Source: a virus (taxonomy: Duplodnaviria; Caudoviricetes). From it: DNA of 64,000 nucleotides. The notes under the pieces were generated by a model. It was not told the origin of the DNA. It made no database searches and saw only the letters and a list, made by a program, of their open reading frames with translations. Where the stretch lies: IMG/VR virus record IMGVR_UViG_3300029305_002733, positions 19,602 through 83,601 of that record; one strand, 5' to 3'. Made by a program: the position numbers and the translations under genes. Below, in pieces: positions 42,901 to 52,320 of this stretch (position 1 is its first letter; each line of letters starts with the position of its first letter).

Positions 42901-44242
42901 CTTCCTCCTATATAAAATCACTTATACTCATTCCGGGCGCATCCCATGGATTACTCGGTGAATAATCTCCATTGGTTGATGACGAACAATATTCATCTTC
43001 ATCAAAACCTTCATAAAAATTAAACCAGTCCCACGCTTCCGTTTCACTATCACATTGCCAGTCAAAATCTTCAGTTTCCGGTAGATAAACATCTTTATCC
43101 CCAAAAACAAATACATATTCTTCATTCTCTGTATCAAAATACATGGTATAATCAGTATAAAATCCGTCTGCATCTTGTACTGATTTACTTGCTTTCTCAA
43201 TAAATCTCATTTCTATTACCTCCTTTAGTTTAGTTACTAAACTAATAATCATATCCTTCATCATACCAATATTTTGGGTCTCTTAATGATTGCCCAAATG
43301 CGTTATACCATTGTCCACAATCACACATTTGGTCGCCTTCTAAATAGATCTCTCTTCCACAACTACACTTTGCCAATGCTGGTTCTGTATAGTTCCAACT
43401 ACGTTCTTCTACACCTCTATCCTCATACTTCTCAGGATGTGCAAGACAATACTCATAATTCTTTCCCCAACACTCATAACTCTCATCTTTAATAAGAGTT
43501 CCGTCTGCTTCACATGGGAAAGAATATCCGTTGCCTGGATAATCTCCAATTAATTGGAATTCCCTTCTATACTCTACATGCCGTTTGCGTTCACGCTCAG
43601 ATATAATCTTTACAATATGACTCATTTCTATTACCTCCACTTTTAATTATGCCTAGTTTAGCAACTAAATTCTTCAATTTTGGCACATAATTCTACGAAT
43701 GCGTACTTAATATACTTATTATCATTCGCAGATAGTTCTCCAAGTAATCTATTTACCGTTACCTTCCTATATTCTTCATCATCATACCCATCTGATATAC
43801 AATCGAATATTCGATTCGCTAACTTTGGATCGTCCGTGAAAACAAGCTCTTTCGTGATTTGAGTCCACCAATATTTAGCATCCTCATTATCTGGCTCATA
43901 CGCAAAATCTTCCATAAGATTCTCACATAAGGTTTTAATATTACTTGCTACTCTTCCATTTACTTTTGACCATTGCATATCTGCATAATAATCATATGCA
44001 TATCCGGCTACCTCTTTGGAAGTGAAATTCCGTTTGTTCCACTTTTCATTTGCATAGCATGCAATGTCATAAAAATCTCGATACTCTAACATATCTTTCC
44101 CACCATCCTTTCTCTGCTATTAAAGCATACATGAACACCTATATTTGAAAGGCGGTGTGAGTCTGAGTTTCAACTCACTACATAGATGCTCATGTATGCT
44201 CACGAACTTTCGCTCGTAAGCATTTTAATTTAATCTAGTTAC

Positions 44243-44272
44243 ACTCTAGCATTAATGTTTTCGCTTTGTCAA
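44243..44272 (-). promoter_or_regulatory. sigmaA-type promoter bracketed by two directional motifs
   Basis: TTGACA-18-TAGAGT with TG extension; motifs at 44224 and 44284. Confidence 0.55.
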
Positions 44273-44299
44273 TAACTATTTTATTTTATTTTACGCAGT

Positions 44300-45241
44300 T
44301 TAGGCAATCTTCGCAAGTACTGCCTGTAAATATCCTCCGTTATATGTACGTGTAATTCCTAACTCTTCACATACCCAATCTTCTACATACATCAGTAAAC
44401 GTTCGGCATTCTTACGTAATGGGTATTTTGTATGAGCTTCTGCAAATAACTGCTGTGGAGTAATATTCATATACTTATTGATAAGCAATTCTGTAATCTC
44501 CTTTTTATATTCCGGATGTAAACGCATAATATTATTTGTGGTTCTTAACACATCTCTACCAAGTCCATTTACAGCTACATTCCAACGAGATTCGCAGATA
44601 ATATATAATGTATTATCCAATGCTTCTTCTCCGCAAACCTTTGCAATTGCTAATGCCTCCTGGAACCCAGTTAAAATACCCGTTGCATTCTTAATTCCTC
44701 GTGCAGCTAGATTTGGTTTAAGCTCAATATTATACTTCTTAACTAATTTCTCTACTGCAATATTTTCAGGAATACCACGTAATACATTTGCGTTATGCTT
44801 ATGCGGTGGTGTAAGGTTTGATACTCCATCTCTTTGTGTCGCAAAAATTGTAGCTTCAGCAATAAGCCGTTTTTCTGGTTCTTCCGGTAATCCAGTAACA
44901 AATTCAACTTCTGCACCTGTAAATCCAAGCATCTTCATAGCAAGCAAACGATGACCTCCATCAAGAACACTACACCGTTTCTCTTCTGGATGCATATTTA
45001 CCTTTAATACATCCATTTGGTTCTTATCCCAATTCTTAACAAGCCAGTTTACCTTATTCATATTCTGTTCACGCTGGATGAATGGATCTAAATATAACGA
45101 ATCTAATGCTGCATAACCAAACTGTTTCCCACCAATAGTCTGAATATTATGTAACATCATATCCCATAACATATCCCTTTCTGCTGTTACCTTGATTACC
45201 TTGTTGTCTGTTACTTCCTTTAAATTTGTTCTCTTCGCCAT
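44300..45241 (-). CDS. ParB/Srx-like domain protein (DUF6551-like)
   Basis: QREQNMNKV...VLDGGHRLLA. Confidence 0.65.
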   Translation of the reverse strand: MAKRTNLKEVTDNKVIKVTAERDMLWDMMLHNIQTIGGKQFGYAALDSLYLDPFIQREQNMNKVNWLVKNWDKNQMDVLKVNMHPEEKRCSVLDGGHRLLAMKMLGFTGAEVEFVTGLPEEPEKRLIAEATIFATQRDGVSNLTPPHKHNANVLRGIPENIAVEKLVKKYNIELKPNLAARGIKNATGILTGFQEALAIAKVCGEEALDNTLYIICESRWNVAVNGLGRDVLRTTNNIMRLHPEYKKEITELLINKYMNITPQQLFAEAHTKYPLRKNAERLLMYVEDWVCEELGITRTYNGGYLQAVLAKIA

Positions 45242-46026
45242 TTTTGTTTACCTTACCCTTTCTTAATTAAATATTTTTCCTCTCATTTTTTGTTTTTATC
45301 CTAAAAGCACGTTTCGTGCTCTTTGGTCTACTTGTATCTCACTTGTACATCCCTCAAAGAAATCCGTTTCAATTTCATACCCGAACTGATTCATGAGTCT
45401 TACCTTCTTCCTTATATATGCAGGCAGAAGACCAATTCCGTTTCTTGGGTATCTATACTTCTTTCCATTTGCACCTGTTACAACTCTATCTCCTCTTGTG
45501 CTTACTCTTCGAGCCATGCTTCTCTATCCTCCTCTTTTGCCGCGAATCCTATAACACTAAATAATCCACATAAAATACTATATCCAATGCCTTCTATTCC
45601 AAATACTACTAACGCAAGTATTGCTAAAATTAACATACATGTGCCGGAAATTTTATGTGTCCTCTCATATACACTTAATCTCTTTTGATTTGCCTTCCGT
45701 TTCGCTTTTCGTTCTGCTTCCATACGTGCCTTTAATACACGTTGCTTCTCTTCTTCTGTTACATACATAATGTTTAAATCCATTTCGCTTCCCGCCTTTC
45801 CATTAAAATAAGTCCGTACTTGTGCAATACGGACTTGCGTTTGTATGAGTTCTGTTATATAATACAGATAAAAGCACAACTCAGTTAGGTTTAAAGGTCG
45901 TGCGATTCAATGTATGCCCATGCTTCATCGTCACTCTCAAATCGAATGTCGCATTTTGGTACATACCAATAGCCATATTTATAATATGGTTGCGGTTTCA
46001 TAAGTTTCACTTCCTTTCGCTTATAT

Positions 46027-46066
46027 AAAAACACACCCAGCAGCAGCTTCTAGGTGTGTTTTTTTT
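46027..46066. terminator. Bidirectional terminator
   Basis: AAAAACACACC...GGTGTGTTTTTTTT. Confidence 0.65.
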
Positions 46067-47026
46067 ACTTCCGTTTCGCTTTCTTCTTTTTCTCTTCCTC
46101 TGCTTTCTCTTTTGCCTTTTCCTGTCGCATACGTCCAAATGCAGACCACCTGTATTCATATTCACGTACAAATGTCATACTTATCAACCTCCTTCCCTAG
46201 TTATTTTCAACTAATGTTACTGTTCCACCATCTACCCACTGTTTCCAATTCCGGTATACTCCATTTGTATCCCTAAATTCTACATAGTACCCATCATCTT
46301 CCCAGTATTCCTGAAATGTGATTTCTTTAATTATCGCACGTATCCTTTGACATGTTATAATATCCCCTGGCTTTAATTCTGTACGCATAAAATCCACCTC
46401 TTTCCCTAGTTATAGCATAATACATTCTTATAATCTGCGTAGGCATCGCCTACTAATTCCATAGTATCTGCGTCTTCTTTTTCATATGCAGAACATTCCT
46501 CTAAATTGCGCACTCTGCCCATGATGATGCTAATTTCCCTATCAGACATACTTATTCCTCCTCTCCTAAAATTCTTGCAAGAATTGCGTTTTCTAATTCT
46601 TCTGTATCTACTAAAAAATAGATATCTGTTCCATTTTTCCAAAATAATTCCACTTTTTCTGTGTTCATTATTTCCTCTATAATTGCATCTGCTTCTTCTG
46701 CGGTATCACAATATACACCCGTAGCCCAGTACTCTTTTCTATCTAATTCTACCGTTGGGAAAGTATGCAATTCATGGGCATGATAGTCCTCTATTGCTTG
46801 TACGTAGTCCCTTGCTAATTCCTTAAAAGATGTATAGACAGAACTATCCTCTAATAATGGTCTGCCGTAATAAGTCCCACTATATCTGTTATTGATTCGC
46901 ATGATAAATTTCCTCCTAGTTATTGCGTAGATTTTTTTAGTGTAAAACATATACACTATAAAAAGGGCAGACTTTTAGCCTACCCTTTCAAACTATACAT
47001 GTTTTAATTATATGCAGTTTGCAGTA

Positions 47027-47746
47027 TTACTTTGTGGACTTCTTCTCTTTTTTCTTCTGTGCAGTCTTTTCACGTCTTGCCTGACGCTTTGCTTCTAATT
47101 CTGCCTGTACTTCTTCTTCTGTCATACATGCACGAACTTCTATCATATCTGCAAGATAATCCTCTAATCCCTTATAAAAAGCACTTGCGTTAGACTTTGC
47201 AAACTCTTTATACTGATTTCCGGAAATAGCTTTTAATTCTTCAATTTGCGCGTCAAAACCTTCAATATCTGCTTTGACTTTTTCGATAGTTTCAGCGCAT
47301 GCCCCGTTTGTATTCTCTAATTCGCGCAAGTACTTTGCAGAATTAGCCTTCTGACTATAAACATACTGTAAATCGGCAGACTTCTTCACGGCGTGACGGC
47401 TGGCATATACTACCAAAGTATTTACCACGTTTTCATCGTTCCGTAACTTTGCACCTTTTACTTCTCCAATGTAAGCATATAAAGCAGATAATGCGCTATA
47501 GATAGGGCTTTCGTCAATAGTTTCAACATTGTTATATCTTGCACTTGCTACCGCATAACATGCGCTATGGATAGCGTCATAATGCTTATGTAAATCTTTT
47601 ACCATTTCAGCGTCGAATTCTTTAGCGTTAAGTTTTGCACCACTAAAACCGCGGTTTACAATGATAGCATCTGCAATTTTGTTTCCAGTAACCTTTGTGT
47701 TGAATGTGTTAATAGTTGCGTTTGTTGTTGTGTTAGTTGTTGTCAT
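47027..47746 (-). CDS. Hypothetical protein, first gene of the left arm
   Basis: GAGG RBS before MTTTNTT; Lys-rich tail. Confidence 0.7.
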   Translation of the reverse strand: MTTTNTTTNATINTFNTKVTGNKIADAIIVNRGFSGAKLNAKEFDAEMVKDLHKHYDAIHSACYAVASARYNNVETIDESPIYSALSALYAYIGEVKGAKLRNDENVVNTLVVYASRHAVKKSADLQYVYSQKANSAKYLRELENTNGACAETIEKVKADIEGFDAQIEELKAISGNQYKEFAKSNASAFYKGLEDYLADMIEVRACMTEEEVQAELEAKRQARREKTAQKKKEKKSTK

Positions 47747-48897
47747 GATTTTTTCCTCTTCTTTCCGCCACTTTGGGCTATAAAATAATATGATATAGTT
47801 GTACTCTGCTTTATTCGGACTTGTAACCGTCAACTAGGACTTATTCTGTATTGCCTAGTGGTAGCATTACAACTTTATCTTAAAAGAATACGGTTCAAAT
47901 GCTATGATTACCTATCTGTCATTCGCTTTATTCGCTAATTGTACGACTTTCACGTACTTATACAGAAGTATTTCCCAATATAAGTGACTCTTTTATTATC
48001 ATGATTTTTCGTGTATTTTTATACATTACCATTTCAAGTTTTCAAGTCATTATCTGCTTATATTTTGTATAGTTTGCATCAACCGACTTATTTAGTTGTC
48101 AATGTGTACGACTTCCAAAATAACTAGCTTTTTCAAGCGTTACATTCTTAAAGACTTTGTGAAACTGTTATGACTTTTTCAAGTCCTGATATAGTCTTTT
48201 AAGAATGTTTCAAGTCTATCAATAAAACCGATAACTTGAAGTGATTATTTTGTTGTTCGTTCCTTACAAGTACATTAAACCATAGAATAATAATTTTATC
48301 AACTAATTTTATAAGAATTGTAGTTCTTTTTACTTTAAATAGGGGGTATATAAAACCATTCAAACCCGCATAAATACTGGGTTTTACCATAGCTACTTCA
48401 CCCACACATCACGTTAAAAATCCATCCAATAATATCAATTTATTCTCTTCTTATTCTCCTCGTCTCTCATATCGTAGATCCCATAATAAATAAGCTAATT
48501 TTCATCAAATTATAGTTTAAATCATCAGATATCCAACCATCTAATATTTCAATTACGTACCAAATACTCAATAAATATAGTAGAAATACAACGATACAAA
48601 AGAAAACCGGTAAAATACATATCAATAGGCCAAAACCTATTAAATAAATAATGCCTATATACAATAATGCTCTATATACGTAGCAAAAAATAAGTTTTTA
48701 GCATCAAAAATGAATTATCATCTCTACCCTACCAGCACAACCAATTAAGTACTAAAGAGGCAGAATGATTCTAATAATGAAGATAAAGTCTCGTAACAGG
48801 GGGTATAAAAGAACTAATATAGGAGCAGGTATATAATATATAAATGGTATATAATAATAAAAATAATCAATTAACTAGATATAATTAAAATATATAC

Positions 48898-48926
48898 TTG
48901 ACAAAATCAGGAACATATGATATTGT
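48898..48926 (+). promoter_or_regulatory. sigmaA promoter starting the right arm, flanked by directional motifs
   Basis: TTGACA-17-TATTGT with TG extension; motifs at 48873 and 48937. Confidence 0.75.
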
Positions 48927-49186
48927 GCCAATAGGGAACTAGACATAATTAAAAGATATGAATTATAACAAAATGTTATCTTATTAAGATATAGATTCAA
49001 TTGTCTTTGTCTCCGACGGTATATACTCTTCGTCTAGGAACAGACGCTACGCTTACTGTTCTACTAGACTCAGAGTTCTTTTCGCATACCTGTTCCGGTT
49101 CTTACGAACCGTTCACAGAGCATGCTCAAAGGAAAAAGATTTAATTTTTAAGTTTTTTAGACCAATCTCTGAAAAGCCTTATAATT

Positions 49187-49273
49187 ACTGGGAAAATCAC
49201 TTGTCTAAATGCTCCCTATTATATATTAAATTATTATTACATAGGGAGCAAATAGACAAGTCAAAAACCCAGT
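49187..49273. repeat. Long imperfect inverted repeat
   Basis: TACTGGG..CTTGTCTAAATGCTCCCTAT / ATAGGGAGCAAATAGACAAG..CCCAGTA around a pure AT core. Confidence 0.75.
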
Positions 49274-49337
49274 AAAAATAGCGTATACAAGAGATGGAAT
49301 TAAATGGAAATTATTTTAATGAAAGGAATGATAGAAA

Positions 49338-50327
49338 ATGGAATTAGACACAAGTAAATTAACAGAGGGGCAGATATTTAATACATATCCTGAATTATGT
49401 CGGACACTAGGATGTGAGGTATACGGGGGGTATCAAAAAACTAAGCAATTAAAAGATTTCGGCCGGTATTTCAATTATGAAAAGGATGGAAAGAAAATTA
49501 TCATCACAGAGATATATCCGGAGCCAATGAATGAAGAGTATAGGGTTGCTGCGAATGCAAAATATGTTACCTTTGTACAGAATATACTACTCTCCTATTT
49601 ATCCCAGCAGGAAGAAGAGATTATATATATAACACCGCAGCGATTATGGTTATTACTTGGGATGGTAAATAATAAGTATTTGGTTATGAAGCAACATTAC
49701 CGGCGACAGGAGTTATTAACTTTATCTGAAGATATGGATATGTTTGATATTAATCATTTCTTTGTCCGGAGTAATATGAAGATCAGAGATATATTAAAAA
49801 GTGGATTAGGAAGTTTAAAGCGTAGAAAATTATTAATATGTGAAGAAGTGTACCGTATAGGGATCTTAGAATCAGACTCAGCATATTTCAGATCAGGGAT
49901 AGTATATAGGGATGCAACTGACAACGAGAAGAAGTACATATTACGCACTGAACGAAAGTTGTTAAAGGAATTTGGTTTTGAAACAGATTACCAGATGCTT
50001 TGTAGTGATAAGCGTACAGATTATTATAATGAGCTTGGTAAGATATTTAAGAAAGAAAAAGATTGGGAGAATATATATCATTGTTATAAATTTATATATG
50101 ACAAAGGTAATATAATCGAAGCAATTAATGAAGATGAAGAGACCAAGCAAATGAATCAGTTAGTAATAGATGCATTAAATGAACAGGCTGAGAAAAATTA
50201 TAATAAGAAAGGGTTTACAGCGGATAATGCAGCCATCAGAATATTTGATGAAGATAATCCATTTTTTTATAATAAAGGGTATCAGCAGCGGCAAAGACTA
50301 TTAACAGAAGCATTAATAAGGAGATAG
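49338..50327 (+). CDS. Hypothetical protein, possibly DNA-binding/replication initiator
   Basis: Clean 329-aa ORF with AAAGGA RBS, first gene after the pivot; function inferred from position only. Confidence 0.6.
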   Translation: MELDTSKLTEGQIFNTYPELCRTLGCEVYGGYQKTKQLKDFGRYFNYEKDGKKIIITEIYPEPMNEEYRVAANAKYVTFVQNILLSYLSQQEEEIIYITPQRLWLLLGMVNNKYLVMKQHYRRQELLTLSEDMDMFDINHFFVRSNMKIRDILKSGLGSLKRRKLLICEEVYRIGILESDSAYFRSGIVYRDATDNEKKYILRTERKLLKEFGFETDYQMLCSDKRTDYYNELGKIFKKEKDWENIYHCYKFIYDKGNIIEAINEDEETKQMNQLVIDALNEQAEKNYNKKGFTADNAAIRIFDEDNPFFYNKGYQQRQRLLTEALIRR

Positions 50328-50371
50328 TAAGAATATGAATAAATCGAACTACGCAAAATTAAAACCAAGTA

Positions 50372-50400
50372 TTGACATTTCAAAAAACATATGATATATT
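50372..50400 (+). promoter_or_regulatory. sigmaA promoter flanked by directional motifs
   Basis: TTGACA-17-TATATT; motifs at 50347 and 50410. Confidence 0.75.
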
Positions 50401-50443
50401 AAAGATACGAACTAGATATAATTAAAACATAAGGAGATATTTT

Positions 50444-51124
50444 ATGAGATATAAGATTGTCAATGTAACAGACCGGGCAGGTAATGTTAAAAAGGAATTT
50501 ATGGCAGAGTTACAGGAAGCACATCCCGCAATGAGTGGTGTACTACTCTATCCTATTAGTAAGAAATCCATAGAGAGGATTCCATTATGTTTAATATGGA
50601 CAGATCAGAGTGATAAAATGTTACGTACTTCTACTATTATGGGATATGAAGAAAATAATAATATAATTACAGTTACTACACGTAACAGTGTTTATACATT
50701 AGAAGCAAACTAGACTAAATTAAAACGGAGGGTAATGAATATGAGAAATATTATTGTTTTAGAAATCAATGGTAAGCACGGTGTAATTTGGAATCATGAA
50801 GTTCCGACACCAAAGGAATTTTTATTAATCCCGGAAACTACTACTGCTATTGTAGAAAATCGAATTTTTGAAGATTTTATTGATGAGACATTTATGTTTG
50901 TTACAGAAGTCTTATCAAAGAAATTTAAAGAAAAAATTGACAATGTATATGTAACGTTTATGAATAGTGAGAATGTATTCATCTGTTCTGCTGTCATTGA
51001 TAAAATTAATAAAAAGAATGGTACATATAGATTGGGCATTCAGGACTGGCAGGCAACTGGTTATACATTTAAATATGCGGATGATTGTGACGAAGATGAA
51101 ATCGAGAAAGGCGAAGAATGTTAA
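50444..51124 (+). other. Two hypothetical genes (50444-50713, 50735-51124)
   Basis: ORFs with AAGGAG/GGAGG RBS. Confidence 0.65.
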
Positions 51125-52320
51125 GTTGTTTGTTAAATAACCAAAGAATTAATTGTATAGATGGGCAACATACTAGAGACCAGCTTAAAACATGGGCAAA
51201 GAAGAAAATACTACTCTGCCCGGCTTGTGGAAAACCGTATGAATATTGTCATGGTCAAGTTAAGATGCCTTATTTTAGACATATGGATAAGATTGAGTGC
51301 GAAGATAAATATTCCGAACCGGAAACAGAAGAACATCTCGCCGGGAAGAAGGATTTATATGAATGGTTAAAGAAGCAACCCGGTATAACAGATTGCGAAC
51401 TTGAAGGTTGGATTCCCGGAACCAAGCAACGTCCGGATATTATGTTTAAATTTAATGGACAACAGTATGTATTAGAATACCAGTGCTCTCCTATTGCTAC
51501 CGAATATTTAGAGAGACATGAGTTATATCAGGTGGCAGGAATTAAGGATATTTGGATTGCCGGATATGAAAAATATTTCAAAAAAAATAGTAGGCATAAA
51601 TTTTTAGAAAATTATGTTAATGGATATTATAATCCAATAGATAAAAAATTCTATTTAAATAATTGGGAACAAGAAGATGTAATTTATATGTTTGGGAAAA
51701 TTGCAAATAGATATAGGAATGATAATTATCTAAATAATTTTATATTCCAAAACGGTGAAATACTATTTTATTATTTTAAAAAACAAAATTACCGATTAGC
51801 ACCTGAGAAACATTATAATAGAAAAAATATAAAAGAATCTATAAAAAAATCTGATCGAACTAAATTTATTAAAAAAATAGAATTTATAAAAAAGAATTTT
51901 AATAAATATTTTGTTACAGTTCATTATCCTAATTATTGGGACAGGGATTTGTTTGTGCGTTTTAACAGGAATTCTAACAATACAATTAAATTTGAAGATC
52001 ATGAACATATATATTTAAAAATTAATAATTTTATTAGGGTCGAAGAAATAAATAAAAAGTTAAAACATTATAATAAAAAAACAAGTACATGGAGTTTTTA
52101 TTTATTTCCAAATACAAATGTTTTACAAGTTGATATATATGACAATAGAGGGTATCATCTTCACGGAGAAGAAAGATATTTAATGCAAGCCGAGTTAATA
52201 GATATTCAAAAAGAAAAAATAAAACTTGAAGATATCTTATTAGAAATAATGATAAAGTGTAAGGATTATGTGATAAAATCTCGGAACAATTATTGGAAAG
52301 TAATAAATAATGGAGGATAA
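51118..52320 (+). CDS. CoiA-like PD-(D/E)xK nuclease
   Basis: CPACG...PYFRH...ETEEH...QRPDI...LEYQCS. Confidence 0.75.
   Translation: MLSCLLNNQRINCIDGQHTRDQLKTWAKKKILLCPACGKPYEYCHGQVKMPYFRHMDKIECEDKYSEPETEEHLAGKKDLYEWLKKQPGITDCELEGWIPGTKQRPDIMFKFNGQQYVLEYQCSPIATEYLERHELYQVAGIKDIWIAGYEKYFKKNSRHKFLENYVNGYYNPIDKKFYLNNWEQEDVIYMFGKIANRYRNDNYLNNFIFQNGEILFYYFKKQNYRLAPEKHYNRKNIKESIKKSDRTKFIKKIEFIKKNFNKYFVTVHYPNYWDRDLFVRFNRNSNNTIKFEDHEHIYLKINNFIRVEEINKKLKHYNKKTSTWSFYLFPNTNVLQVDIYDNRGYHLHGEERYLMQAELIDIQKEKIKLEDILLEIMIKCKDYVIKSRNNYWKVINNGG

Larger units (their letters stand above)
28022..47833 (-). other. Array of roughly 45 small, co-oriented, mostly hypothetical early/accessory genes
   Basis: Contiguous minus-strand ORFs of about 50-320 aa, nearly all with GGAGG/AAGGAG RBS, many acidic. 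Confidence 0.85.

Noticed and set aside
341-47000. Many plus-strand ORFs in the ORF track across the left arm (and minus-strand ORFs in the right arm)
   Set aside because: Antisense shadows of well-supported genes, without RBSs or recognisable motifs
48199-48664. Two hydrophobic minus-strand ORFs in the pivot region
   Set aside because: No clear RBS; Ile/Leu/Phe richness is expected by chance in AT-rich DNA, although a small membrane protein cannot be excluded
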